Assembly (NCBI GenBank): GCA_948469315.1
Contig: CAOKLQ010000004.1
Location: forward strand, 3,517-67,516
Length of the DNA stretch: 64,000 bases
Direction of reading: 5' to 3'
From: an uncultured Clostridium sp.
GTDB lineage: Bacteria; Bacillota; Clostridia; TANB77; CAG-508
Numbering within the stretch: position 1 is the stretch's first letter; each line of letters begins with the position of its first letter. A program made the position numbers and the translations under genes. A model generated the notes under the pieces. That model did no database searches, had not been told where the DNA came from, and saw nothing but the letters and a program-made list of their open reading frames with translations. This document shows positions 47,401 through 57,727 of the stretch, in pieces.

Positions 47401-49176
47401 TTAATTTCCAAATCTGTATATCTTATCTGAATTTGTAATTGTAAATCCTCCATTTATAAATTCTAAATGGCTATCTTCTGTTACTACCTTACACGGAAAA
47501 GATTTAGAGACATTAGTTCCTACATTTAATCCAATAATTTGTGCATTTCCTGGCTCATAAATCGTATTCCCTGCAAAGCAGATACCAGAAAGTGGCATTG
47601 CTGAATATTTCCATGTGGTGTTATCTTCTACAATTCTTTTTTCTCCAAATACTAAGGTTCTAAAGCTACCATCTAGCTTTTCATAAATGAACAACCATCT
47701 TTTAGTCTGCTCATCATATTTTAAAGCATATTCTGTAATTGGTTCATTACAGTCAATCTCATATGTGTGACCATTAGCAACTACTATTGCCCTTTGCGGA
47801 TAGAAAGATGCAATAAATCTTGTTTTATCATCAATGATTTTAAAAATAGGCTTATTTACAAAGTCTTCGCTTTGCTTAAATGTTCCTCTTCTTGTTAATT
47901 TCATTGATTTAAGTCTTCCATTTCTATCAACATAATAGAGCGTATCATCTACCATATCATAATTTGACTTGTGAGCTTTTTCAACCTCATAAGTTCTTTG
48001 TGTATTATTGTCCTGAATAGTAATTACATCATCTTTAATTTCAAGGATGTATTTTCCATCATTAGTAAATTCAATAATTGATTTACCATTAACATTTACT
48101 CTTTTCCCAGTTTTCCTATGCACAATCTTATGATCTCTAGACAAATATACTTTGTCTGATAATATACACTCAACATCATCAGATTCAAATATAATTGTAA
48201 GCATAATATTTGAGGTATTAGCTGCTAATTGTTTCTTTGGAGCTGACTGCATCTGTGCATTTTTATTGCATACTGGGCACTCTCCAAATTTTGAATAATA
48301 ATAGCCATTATGTTTTTTACAATATGACATATTATTATATAATTCTTCAAGATATGGAAGAATGTTTTGTCTTAAATTTCCTTCAAAGATTTCCTTAAAT
48401 TTCTCTAATAATTCTGGCGAGATCCAATTCCAAGACGGAGTTGTTGACCTTATACCTACATTATGAGGTCCAAGTACAGAAATTTTATTAGCTATTCTTT
48501 CCTTGAAGTTCCATTTAGGCTCTTTAGCATATTGTCCTCCAAATGGATGTACTTGAGCTAAAATATAAAAACATAAAACTGCTAGTGCAAAATTATCTGT
48601 TTTTTCTGTTAACTCAATTACTCCATTTGACTTATATGCTTCTGGTGCAGTGTAATTTTCAGTATATGTTACCGCATACACTTTCCCTTTTATACCATAA
48701 CTATCTGTATCAACAGCATATACCTTTTTTCCCATTATTGAAAAATTTTGATCATTAATATCTCCTACAATGTATCCCATTTTATGCAATTCTTCCACCA
48801 TTTTTGCAACTGCAATAGCATACCTTAATACGTCTTTATTTGATAATCTATTTTTCTTTAAATGGTTGCGTTTTGTAAGCTGCCGTATTGGATCATCTTC
48901 TTTTAATCTTTCCATAATATAGGCTTCAAAAGATTGACCTACATATACAGAATCAATTGGCCCAATAACATTTTCAGGAAATTTTTGAGTAATAAAACAT
49001 TTTACTACTACTTCTTTCCTTTTTTTATCAATTGGTATTCCTGTTTGAGGATTTTTATCTTTGAAAATTTTAATTACGGTGTTTTCATCATACCCAGCAA
49101 TGTCGGCTTCTCCTCCTTCTGCAATGTAATTACTTTTTTTAAGAGAATCTAATTGGCTTTTTGTCATTGTTATCAT
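47401..49176 (-). CDS. Ser/Thr protein kinase-like protein, third gene of a TerY-P triad
   Basis: VIKIFK lysine, catalytic-loop-like VGDINDQN, DFG-like VDTDSYG, and a Cys-pair region CKKH...CPVC. Start taken at ATG 49176, which follows GGAGG. Confidence 0.75.
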   Translation of the reverse strand: MITMTKSQLDSLKKSNYIAEGGEADIAGYDENTVIKIFKDKNPQTGIPIDKKRKEVVVKCFITQKFPENVIGPIDSVYVGQSFEAYIMERLKEDDPIRQLTKRNHLKKNRLSNKDVLRYAIAVAKMVEELHKMGYIVGDINDQNFSIMGKKVYAVDTDSYGIKGKVYAVTYTENYTAPEAYKSNGVIELTEKTDNFALAVLCFYILAQVHPFGGQYAKEPKWNFKERIANKISVLGPHNVGIRSTTPSWNWISPELLEKFKEIFEGNLRQNILPYLEELYNNMSYCKKHNGYYYSKFGECPVCNKNAQMQSAPKKQLAANTSNIMLTIIFESDDVECILSDKVYLSRDHKIVHRKTGKRVNVNGKSIIEFTNDGKYILEIKDDVITIQDNNTQRTYEVEKAHKSNYDMVDDTLYYVDRNGRLKSMKLTRRGTFKQSEDFVNKPIFKIIDDKTRFIASFYPQRAIVVANGHTYEIDCNEPITEYALKYDEQTKRWLFIYEKLDGSFRTLVFGEKRIVEDNTTWKYSAMPLSGICFAGNTIYEPGNAQIIGLNVGTNVSKSFPCKVVTEDSHLEFINGGFTITNSDKIYRFGN

Positions 49177-49189
49177 ATTGTCATCCTCC

Positions 49190-49930
49190 TTAAAATACAA
49201 TGCTTATATCATCTTGGAATATAGGTACTTGTTTTTTTGCTTGACCATTTTCCTCTGAATATTTTTCATTACATTTACCAATATATCGTGACATTGGACC
49301 TTTCTTTCCTTTTTTTAATAATTCAATAAATCGCTCTCCATCAGAATGATTCAATTTTCTCCAAAATCTTAAGCCGTCTGTTGCAACTCCTACATTTACG
49401 TATTTGTCTTTTGAATAAATATGCTCTGTAAAACTTACATCTTCTTTATAAAGTTTTAGCTTTTCTTTATCTACATAATTATAAATAAAATATTTTGGAT
49501 ACTCTTCTCCATCATCTTCGATTACTTCTTTGGTTTCATTAAACAAGACTAATCCATCTTTATCTTGTGTAATAATATAACCATCCCCACATGTCAAAAC
49601 GATATATTCGTCATCTTCTTCAAAAACAGCAAGAATTGTAAATGTACTTATATTGTATAATACATTATTTACATCTTTGTAAATAATTTCCATAGCTTCT
49701 TTAAGCTTAGAAAAAAATTCTTTTACTGTTTCTTCAAAATTTTCTACATTAATATGTTCTTTTTCCCGTAGTGCTAAATTAAACATTCTTGGTCCAATTT
49801 CAGAAAAATCTCCTGAACCACAACCATCCATTATAACTTTTACCTTATGGTCATCAGAAATATAAAAGTAATCCTGATTATTTCTGTTTGCACCAACATG
49901 GTCACTTCCAATTTTGTTTACAGATATCAT
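49190..49930 (-). CDS. PP2C-family Ser/Thr phosphatase, second gene of the TerY-P triad
   Basis: 246-aa ORF with RNNQDYF, MDGCGSG, TCGDGYII and VATDGL motifs. Confidence 0.75.
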   Translation of the reverse strand: MISVNKIGSDHVGANRNNQDYFYISDDHKVKVIMDGCGSGDFSEIGPRMFNLALREKEHINVENFEETVKEFFSKLKEAMEIIYKDVNNVLYNISTFTILAVFEEDDEYIVLTCGDGYIITQDKDGLVLFNETKEVIEDDGEEYPKYFIYNYVDKEKLKLYKEDVSFTEHIYSKDKYVNVGVATDGLRFWRKLNHSDGERFIELLKKGKKGPMSRYIGKCNEKYSEENGQAKKQVPIFQDDISIVF

Positions 49931-50007
49931 ATATTTTTCCTCCTATATGGATAGGAAGGAGGCTATTTTGCCTCCTCCCTCCTTTTAAAAGTTAATTTGT
50001 TACCTCT

Positions 50008-50730
50008 TTAAACAGCAAACATACCCTCATTTACTGTTGGAGCCTTTGCTCCCTGTGATACAGACAGTGCAGATTTAGAAACAAATTTAAATGCTGCTCT
50101 TAACTGCTTTCTTCTCTCTTCCGGCGATTCCGTCTGATCTCCTGCTTTTAAGATGTACTCTCTTGGAATTCCCAGTTCAGTTGCTACACCTCTTGCTTCT
50201 GGTCCAAACTCAATGAAATATACAACAATCCCGCTGTCCACAAGCCCCTATAATGCTTCTTTCGCCTTAGTCTTTGCTCCATGTGCAGAATCATTATCAT
50301 GCCCATCTGAAAGAAATACCAATATTCCCTTTGCTGTAAAATTCTTGTCTTCAAACTCTTTTATCGCTTCTTTTATATTGTCTACTGACTGAATAACTGC
50401 ATCAAAAAGCTTTGTTGACCAGCCTGGTGCTGAATAAGTAGTATCCCAATCCTCTACCAAGCAATATGGACTTTCTTCAATCCGCTCTCCAAACAAAGTC
50501 TTACCAAGAATCATTTCATCAACCTGTTTTGAACCTAAAAACATATTCTGCATATCTTCAAGTTCATCTCCAACTTCTGATTCATATGGCTCCATAGAAG
50601 CTGAATCGTCAATAACTACTCTGACTAAGGTCTGCTGATCAGAGTCCAGATCATCAAAATCAAAGTTCATTGGTGCGGTATCTTCATCAAAACCTACCTG
50701 TGGTGCTACATCATCATATTTTTCCATCAT
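50008..50730 (-). pseudogene. TerY-like vWA domain protein interrupted by one in-frame TAG (50248-50250)
   Basis: MIDAS motif VVIDDSASM. ORFs 50248..50730 and 50008..50241 are in the same frame: ...KTKAKEAL-TAG-GLVDSGIVVYFIEFGPEARG... Confidence 0.7.
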
Positions 50731-50766
50731 AATTTGATCCTCCTAATTGATTATTTTGATTTTAGT

Positions 50767-51729
50767 TTAGGCTGCATATATATCTGTTACATCTGTTGAC
50801 TTAACAAATTTTACACCCATCTTCTTGATTTCTTCCATCTTCTCAGCTGTTACCTGTTCGAATCCGCCGATACAAGACATGCAATCTTCCAAAACAACGA
50901 TTTTGCTTAAGATATCTGGTCTGTTTGCAAAGTGTTTTACAATCTGCTGCAATGTTCTTAAAAAGCAATGTGACTTTGCCTGCCCTGCAAGATAAATCTT
51001 AACAAGTTTTGGATTTTCAAAAACATTTAATATGTCAGATCGTATCTCATTTTCTGGAGAATATTCTGCCTCAATTGCACCATACTGCTCGCTGTACTGA
51101 TCCTGACCTTTGTAATACGCCATCGGATTACAGTCACGTACATCAGAATGGAACTTAATAATCTTTTCAAGTTCCCCCTCAAGTGCTGCTCCTCTAGTAT
51201 TTTCCAAACAGTGATATGGCCAAATTCTTAATTCCTCTCCGCCAGCTTCAACGTTTTTTACATATGTTAATTCTTTTGTTTGGTTTGGCAGATCTGCTTT
51301 GAATTTGCCTTCTTTAATACCCTCGTTTGTAATTACAGTCACACCTGGAAGTACATGTTCTCCTTTTTTGTGTTCTCCGTTTTCATCGGTAAAATCTTTG
51401 CCATAAACCCAACCACTTGAGAAAAAAATGTGGCTATACTTATGCCAATCTAAAGTATACCGGATACGATAAATCTTATCCATAAACTTATAGATAAATC
51501 TACAAAGTCTTTCGGTATCTGCTACCGCTCCTTCTACTGGAAGAGCTCCTTGTGGTGAAATGAAATCAAACTGATTATCAATCATCATAAGCTCTACCCG
51601 ATCAACATCACGACTTGAGGGCACCTTTACCTCATTGTCTGCCATCATCATTACCTGTGGTAAATCAATTCCAGCCTCTGTTGTACCAATTTTGCTTACA
51701 TTTACAATTTCTTCAAATCTCGTTTTCAT
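50767..51729 (-). CDS. pncA: Nicotinamidase (PncA-like isochorismatase-fold cysteine hydrolase) with a ~70-aa insertion
   Basis: Blocks IDNQFDF, TLDWHKYSHIFF, WPYHCLENTRGAAL, YYKG and LAGQAKSHCFL match the PncA Asp/His-His/Lys/Cys blocks. Only 36 nt separate it from the vWA gene. Confidence 0.75.
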   Translation of the reverse strand: MKTRFEEIVNVSKIGTTEAGIDLPQVMMMADNEVKVPSSRDVDRVELMMIDNQFDFISPQGALPVEGAVADTERLCRFIYKFMDKIYRIRYTLDWHKYSHIFFSSGWVYGKDFTDENGEHKKGEHVLPGVTVITNEGIKEGKFKADLPNQTKELTYVKNVEAGGEELRIWPYHCLENTRGAALEGELEKIIKFHSDVRDCNPMAYYKGQDQYSEQYGAIEAEYSPENEIRSDILNVFENPKLVKIYLAGQAKSHCFLRTLQQIVKHFANRPDILSKIVVLEDCMSCIGGFEQVTAEKMEEIKKMGVKFVKSTDVTDIYAA

Positions 51730-51843
51730 ATTGTAATCCTCCTTTAAAGTTATTTGAATTGATAAGTAACAATATTAAATTTTAAAATGACACCTCCTTG
51801 ATATAAATTTCTATATCATGTTTCTTCAATATTTAGCATACAC

Positions 51844-51872
51844 ATATTATCATATTTACATAAAACTGTCAA
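51844..51872 (-). promoter_or_regulatory. Promoter of the pncA-like/TerY-P operon with the shared TTATGTAAAT core
   Basis: Minus strand reads TTGACA-gttTTATGTAAATatga-TAATAT. An inverted second core lies at 51887-51896. Confidence 0.5.
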
Positions 51873-52026
51873 TAGCGTTTTAAATTTTATGTAAATATTT
51901 TACATATTATTTTCTTTTATATACTTTAACTACAAATTTTTTTGTATATTAAACAAATAAATAACAAAACTAGCCTACTTTATTTAAAAGTAGACTAGTT
52001 ACAAAAATTAATTTAGAAAATATCTT

Positions 52027-53631
52027 TTAGAATTTGCCATTGTAAACTCTAATTGATTCACTTGCAACTCTTTGTCTGATTTCATCAAAGGTATGAGTTC
52101 TTACGAAGTCTCCATCAACAAACATATCTTCAAGCAGATTGCCTTTAATATCTTTAATTGTATCAGGAGTAAGATTATCAATTAATTTGTAATCCCCATC
52201 TTCAAAAACAACAGCTACTAAGCCTTTCTGAGACTTTTTGAAATTGTCAGAATCTGTTGCTGGATCTTTGTAAATTGCTTTAAATTCTCCATTTACAACT
52301 TCTGCCGTTCCTTTAAGTGCAAAGCCTAATGTATCTCGTGTTACATACTGGTATGTGTATGAGCCAATACCTAAGCCAACACTTACAGAAACAAAGCCGT
52401 TTTTCATTAAGTCTTCACATATTGAAATTGCTCTTTCAGGTGTAATTGAGTCCCCATAAACACATCCAATATGAGGATCAAGTTCAATAAAACCTGCTTC
52501 ATTTACAGTTCCTCCAAAGATTTCATAAAGACGCTTAACTAAACCTTTTTTAATTGTTTCTTCGAAACCTATTAGCCTTTGGCTTAATTCTTTCTCATAT
52601 ACATATGGATCTCCACAAATAATGTCTACAGGATCTCCTGAATCTGGTCTAATATTAAGCTTTCCATTTCTGCTCATAATGGCTGCTTTAACTTCTGCAT
52701 CTGTTAATACATTATCAACAAAATTCCATAAGTTGTATGTATCAGATACCATTGTTAAAGTACCACTTGGATACACTTCGGTAATAAGTCTCAAAAGTGC
52801 ATTTTTTTCTTTTTTACCATAAGATTCCATTACACTATGCTCTGTTGAAGGAGCATAAGCAATAACATCTGGCTTAGCATCATAATATGCCATAAGATAA
52901 TTTCTTGCCGGAATTGTTGCAGAACTTCCAAAACTAAGCAAATGTCCAGGAGTTGTTCTGTATGCTGCCTCTGGACTTCCCATACCACGCATTGAAAAAT
53001 CTCCACCCTGATTAAATACTCTTCCAGGCTGATTGCAACCAGTAATCTTTGCATAATGTGTAAGTATTCTTTTATACTTATCTGCAATTGTTGCAGCTGT
53101 CATTGGTTGCCATACTAAGCAGGATAAAGGTGTTTCCAAATATCCTGGTAGCCAGAAAAATTCAGGAAGTGTATTTTCAATAGTAAACATTGGAACTCCC
53201 ACTTTTCTAATCTTTTTTTCATCAATGGTAAATTCGCCACCTATCTGCACAAAACTTCCCTCTTTTATTGCTTTTACTCTAATTGGCAAATATCCTAACT
53301 TATGAAGTTTCTCAAAGTGAGAATAGTCATAGTTTTGTACCATTTCAGGATTTGTTACTCCAAATGTTCCAGAAAGACTTTCTATAGTCTCCTTTGTTAC
53401 TGCTACTTCAATAGGTCTTTCAAAAAAGCCTCTTTTCCATTTCCAATACAATGTTGCAAGAGCTCCCTGGAGTCCAAAAAATACTGCATGAGTTATGCCA
53501 TCAATCCGGGATTTCCTTGGAGTCCATGTTTCATAAGTCCATTCCATACCTTCTGGATATTGATCTTTGTGACAAAACTTGTAACCATCTGTAAGTAACG
53601 CTGGATTTTCAATCATTTCATTAAACATCAT
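52027..53631 (-). CDS. Nicotinamide phosphoribosyltransferase family protein (NadV/Nampt-like; possibly a Namat-type enzyme)
   Basis: 534-aa ORF with N-terminal LLTDGYKFCHKDQYP, typical of Nampt. It starts 2 nt after the Prs-like stop. A terminator lies at 51968-52000. Confidence 0.8.
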   Translation of the reverse strand: MMFNEMIENPALLTDGYKFCHKDQYPEGMEWTYETWTPRKSRIDGITHAVFFGLQGALATLYWKWKRGFFERPIEVAVTKETIESLSGTFGVTNPEMVQNYDYSHFEKLHKLGYLPIRVKAIKEGSFVQIGGEFTIDEKKIRKVGVPMFTIENTLPEFFWLPGYLETPLSCLVWQPMTAATIADKYKRILTHYAKITGCNQPGRVFNQGGDFSMRGMGSPEAAYRTTPGHLLSFGSSATIPARNYLMAYYDAKPDVIAYAPSTEHSVMESYGKKEKNALLRLITEVYPSGTLTMVSDTYNLWNFVDNVLTDAEVKAAIMSRNGKLNIRPDSGDPVDIICGDPYVYEKELSQRLIGFEETIKKGLVKRLYEIFGGTVNEAGFIELDPHIGCVYGDSITPERAISICEDLMKNGFVSVSVGLGIGSYTYQYVTRDTLGFALKGTAEVVNGEFKAIYKDPATDSDNFKKSQKGLVAVVFEDGDYKLIDNLTPDTIKDIKGNLLEDMFVDGDFVRTHTFDEIRQRVASESIRVYNGKF

Positions 53632-53633
53632 AA

Positions 53634-54476
53634 TTATCTTCCTCCTTTTTTTATTAATGTTTTGCCTACATATACCATTGCAGCAACATCCATATATACG
53701 ATGTTTGGATGTTCTTTACACATAATAGATTTACTTGTGTAAACTTTACTGATAGGTGAATCTTTAGTCAAAAGCGTTCCTTCAAAAATTGTTTCTTCAC
53801 AATGAGAAACAACTAAATAAACTTCACTTGCCCCTAAAGATTTGAGAATACTTCCTGCCCAAGCAAAAGTTCCTCCTTTTGAGCAAAGATCATCAATAAT
53901 TATGCACTTCGAACCAGGATTAACTTTTCCTTCTTTAAGGTGCATATCCTCAATCTTTCCTGTTATAGGATCACGCTTTTTCTCCATAATACAAATATTA
54001 GCATAATCACTATCAGCGTATCTTGCTGCTGCTCCCTTATCTGGAAATACAATATGATCATTTTGTGTAAACCCAACTTCTTCTTGAACTGTTGGTAACC
54101 AATCTGTTACAGGATAAACTGGAATTGATCTAACCAATCTCATCATTGTCTCGTCTGAATGTGGTTCCATTACAATTACTTTTTCAAACTTCATCCAATT
54201 AATGAAATTGCAAACATATTGAAGGGTAAATAAATCTCCCTCAATTTTGCGATCCATACGACTATATGGCATATACCATACAAAAAGTACACATGGAACC
54301 TTAAACTCATCAATACGTAGCTTCACAAACATAAGCTTTAGTAACTCCTCATCTGTTACATATTTGAACTCGAGAATATTCCGACCTTTTATAATCACAT
54401 CCTCAAAGTCCTTTACCTTAGTTTCTCCGTTTGGAAACCGCTCAGTTTCAATCTCATGCCCATTGAGTTTAATCAT
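53634..54476 (-). CDS. Ribose-phosphate pyrophosphokinase family protein (short Prs-like; possibly Adps-type)
   Basis: 280-aa ORF with FPNGE, MPYSRMDR and PRTase loop CIIIDDLCSKGGTF. Confidence 0.8.
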   Translation of the reverse strand: MIKLNGHEIETERFPNGETKVKDFEDVIIKGRNILEFKYVTDEELLKLMFVKLRIDEFKVPCVLFVWYMPYSRMDRKIEGDLFTLQYVCNFINWMKFEKVIVMEPHSDETMMRLVRSIPVYPVTDWLPTVQEEVGFTQNDHIVFPDKGAAARYADSDYANICIMEKKRDPITGKIEDMHLKEGKVNPGSKCIIIDDLCSKGGTFAWAGSILKSLGASEVYLVVSHCEETIFEGTLLTKDSPISKVYTSKSIMCKEHPNIVYMDVAAMVYVGKTLIKKGGR

Positions 54477-54559
54477 AAGCTGATACCTCCTAAAAAATTA
54501 TTTGTTTTTGTTTAGTAAAAAAATTATTTTTTTACATAATAACTTAAAACTTGTTTAAT

Positions 54560-54588
54560 ATTGTATTATAATTTACATAATTTGTCAA
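54560..54588 (-). promoter_or_regulatory. Promoter of the Prs-like/Nampt-like operon with the shared core
   Basis: Minus strand reads TTGACA-aaTTATGTAAATtataa-TACAAT. Confidence 0.5.
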
Positions 54589-54601
54589 CAGTTTTTAAAG
54601 A

Positions 54602-54631
54602 TTGACATAATATGCGTTTTTATGTTATACT
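54602..54631 (+). promoter_or_regulatory. Divergent nadE promoter
   Basis: TTGACA-17/18 nt-TATACT. It lacks the shared core. Hairpins at 54641-54655 and 54654-54674 lie in the leader. Confidence 0.45.
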
Positions 54632-54726
54632 ATAACTCAACTGTTTTTATACAGCTATCATAAATTACTGATAGCAAAAGACAAATATATTACTATTAAA
54701 TTTTTAATTTTAAAGGAGGTAACTTT

Positions 54727-56655
54727 ATGGTAAATTATGGTTTTGTGAAATGTGCTATTGCTACATGTAATAGTAAGCTTTCAAATCCTAATTCAGCAAC
54801 AGAAAAAATTAAAGGTTTAGTAAAAGAAGCTGATCTGCGGGATGTTAAGGTATTAGTATTTCCTGAGCTTAGCCTTACTGGTTATACTTGTCAAGATCTT
54901 TTTGGGTATTCACAACTATTGGAGTCTACTATGGATTGCTTAAAAGAACTTGTTGTCTTTTCTAAATCCTTTAATACTCTGTTTATTGTTGGAGCACCTA
55001 TAAATGTTCTTGATACCTTGTATAACTGTGCTGTTGTGATTCAAGGTGGAAAAATTCATGGAATTGTTCCAAAGCAGTATATTCCAAACTATGGAGAATT
55101 CTATGAAAAGCGGTGGTTTACAGCTTATACAGATACTTCTATAACATCTGTTAATCTATTTGGTGAAGATATACCTTTTGGTAATTTAATATTTTCATCT
55201 TCTATAGGTTATAGATTAGGAATAGAAATCTGTGAGGATCTTTGGTCTGTTATTCCGCCTAGCTCTTCTTTAGCATTAGCTGGTGCCAACATTATTGCAA
55301 ATTTATCTGCAAGTAATGAATTGGTTGGCAAAGATGAGTATCGCAAGGAACTTATTAAAACTCAAAGTTCTCGAACAATTTCAGCATATCTTTATACTTC
55401 TTCTGGATGTTTTACTGAAGCTGAATCAACAAGTGATTTGGTTTTTGGGGGAAGTGGTTATGCTTATGAAAATGGCAAACAATTAACTTGCCTTGAACGT
55501 TATGAGCTTGAAGATCAAATGGAAATCTTTGATGTTGATATTGAAGATTTAACTAATGAGAGAATCTATAATAAGACATTTAGTGATAGCAAGCGCAATT
55601 TAAATGTATCTTATAGAGAAATCTATATTATACAATATGCAATTGAAGATAATATCTTCTATCTGTCTAGAAATGTAAATGCTCATCCATTTGTACCAAC
55701 TTTAGACGGGAACAAAAGAAACACAGTATGTAAAGAAATTCTTTCTATTCAGTCTACTGGTTTGGCAAGAAGATTATCTGCAATCAAAAATACTAAAGTT
55801 ACAATTGGTATTTCTGGCGGTTTAGACTCAACCTTAGCTTTGCTTGTATGCTATGAAGCTTTTAAAAAGCTTCATCTTGATGTTTCAGGAATAATTGGAA
55901 TTACTATGCCTGGATTTGGTACAACAGACAGGACATATAATAATGCTGTTAAATTGTGTCAAGAATTAGGTATAACATTAAAAGAAATTTCAATTAAAGA
56001 TGCTTGCATTCAACATTTCAAGGATATTGAACATGATCCTAGTATACATGACATTACTTATGAAAATGTCCAAGCAAGAGAAAGAACCAAGATTCTTATG
56101 AATATGGCAAATAAGCATCATGCAATTTTGGTCGGAACTGGCGATTTATCTGAGTTAGTATTAGGCTGGTGTACCTATAATGGTGACCACATGAGTATGT
56201 ATGGAGTTAATTGCTCTATTCCAAAAACTCTTGTAAGATATCTCATTGAATGGTATGCTACCGAATCTGGCAAGGAAAATCAAACACTTAAGGACATCTT
56301 ATTGGATATTATAAATACTCCAATTAGTCCTGAGCTACTTCCAACTGATGGTAAACAAGTTGTTCAGAAAACTGAAAGCACAATAGGTCCTTATGAAGTT
56401 ATTGATTTCTTTATCTACTATCTCTTAAGAAAAAAATTTTCTCGTAGGAAAATTATGTATTTGGCAAATATTGCTTTTAATGAAGTATATTCTGCAGATG
56501 AACTTAACGACTACTTTAATAACTTCACTAAAAGATTCTTTAACAATCAATTTAAAAGAAACGCTATTCCAGACGGACCAAAAGTTGGAACTGTCAGTGT
56601 TTCTCCAAGAGGAGATTTGAGAATGCCATCAGATGCAGACTATACAGCTTGGTAA
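54727..56655 (+). CDS. nadE: Glutamine-dependent NAD+ synthetase (N-terminal nitrilase/CN-hydrolase domain plus synthetase domain)
   Basis: 642-aa ORF with the CN-hydrolase Glu/Lys/Cys pattern (FPELSLTGY, EICEDLW) and PP-loop GISGGLDST. A terminator lies at 56683-56714. Confidence 0.9.
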   Translation: MVNYGFVKCAIATCNSKLSNPNSATEKIKGLVKEADLRDVKVLVFPELSLTGYTCQDLFGYSQLLESTMDCLKELVVFSKSFNTLFIVGAPINVLDTLYNCAVVIQGGKIHGIVPKQYIPNYGEFYEKRWFTAYTDTSITSVNLFGEDIPFGNLIFSSSIGYRLGIEICEDLWSVIPPSSSLALAGANIIANLSASNELVGKDEYRKELIKTQSSRTISAYLYTSSGCFTEAESTSDLVFGGSGYAYENGKQLTCLERYELEDQMEIFDVDIEDLTNERIYNKTFSDSKRNLNVSYREIYIIQYAIEDNIFYLSRNVNAHPFVPTLDGNKRNTVCKEILSIQSTGLARRLSAIKNTKVTIGISGGLDSTLALLVCYEAFKKLHLDVSGIIGITMPGFGTTDRTYNNAVKLCQELGITLKEISIKDACIQHFKDIEHDPSIHDITYENVQARERTKILMNMANKHHAILVGTGDLSELVLGWCTYNGDHMSMYGVNCSIPKTLVRYLIEWYATESGKENQTLKDILLDIINTPISPELLPTDGKQVVQKTESTIGPYEVIDFFIYYLLRKKFSRRKIMYLANIAFNEVYSADELNDYFNNFTKRFFNNQFKRNAIPDGPKVGTVSVSPRGDLRMPSDADYTAW

Positions 56656-56886
56656 CATATAATCTTTAAAATAACAATACAAAAATAGCAGGTATAATAT
56701 ATCTGCTATTTTTGTGCTTTTTACTTATTCTTATTATATTCCTCAACGTCCTTTATTGCAACTGCTACTGCTTCTTCAGAACCTACAAATTAAATAATAA
56801 GTGATTGTGTCTTTTGTTCGTTTTCATCAAAGGTAATTGATTTTTTAAATCTGGATAAGCATCAAACATAGTAATTGCCTTTTTTA

Positions 56887-57576
56887 TCATTTTTCCATGT
56901 TAATATTAACTACCCCACTGCCAAAGATGCTATATGTATCAATAAGCAAAGATACTTTCTCTGGGTATACATCTGCAAATGCCTTAAAAGCTTCCCATTC
57001 AGTTGGAAACATCTCAATCCATGCATGAGCAACTGTTCCTACTGCATTTACTGGTGATCCAAAGACAATCTCTGATAAGCAATTTGCTGTACCTGAGCAT
57101 CCTCCTAAAATAGCAGATCTTGCACCATACAAACTTGCAGACTGTCCTTGTGCTCTTCTTCCACCAAATTCCATAACATTACCATCATTATCAGCAGCAC
57201 GAACAATCTTTGTTGCCTTTGTGGTAATAAGACTGTTAAAGTTCATCGTACCTTTCCACTTGTATCTGGACAAGTACTTAACAAATTCTTCATCCATACC
57301 TTTTGTAAGTAAATACTGGCATGCAATTTCATCAAAATGGTATGAAAGCAAAAACTCTGTAAGCTGCTCCTGACCTGCACTGATTGAATATCCAGATTCC
57401 TTTCCTTTTGCTCCAGGATTTTTCCTAAAAAAGCAATCAAACACCAATTGCGTATCCTTAAAACCGAGCTTAAATAGTCCATTTACCATGATAAACTCAT
57501 AAAAGTCTGTGTTTAATGCATCATTCCGGTAATCCTTCCTTGGTACAAAAGGTACTACTTTAATTGTTTCTTTCAT
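56887..57576 (-). pseudogene. pncB: Nicotinate phosphoribosyltransferase, N-terminal fragment only
   Basis: 229 aa (ALNTDFYEFIMVNG...LLIDTYS) of a family that is normally about 480 aa. Downstream 56700-56886 holds only short stop-interrupted fragments. Confidence 0.7.
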
Positions 57577-57652
57577 TTTGTTATCCTCCTTATAATTAAG
57601 TTTTAGTTTTAAAGCAATTATCTTGCTTTAATTTAAATTATTTGCAATAAAA

Positions 57653-57681
57653 ATTATATATCAATTTACATAATTTATCAA
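57653..57681 (-). promoter_or_regulatory. pncB promoter with the shared core
   Basis: Minus strand reads TTGATA-aaTTATGTAAATtgata-TATAAT. Confidence 0.5.
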
Positions 57682-57727
57682 GTTCTTCCATACTTCCTTA
57701 TACTTATATCAAAATTATAGTTAAAAA

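Noticed and set aside
50248-50250. TAG reassigned as a sense codon (pyrrolysine or glutamine-type recoding)
   Set aside because: TAG terminates well-conserved genes at their expected ends here (lexA, rsmA, DUF951). No pyl genes are visible. A single nonsense mutation or error is simpler.
54477-54726. NAD+ riboswitch in the nadE leader
   Set aside because: Two small hairpins are present, but I cannot match them to the nadA or pnuC motif architectures from memory. This needs an Rfam scan, so no call is made.
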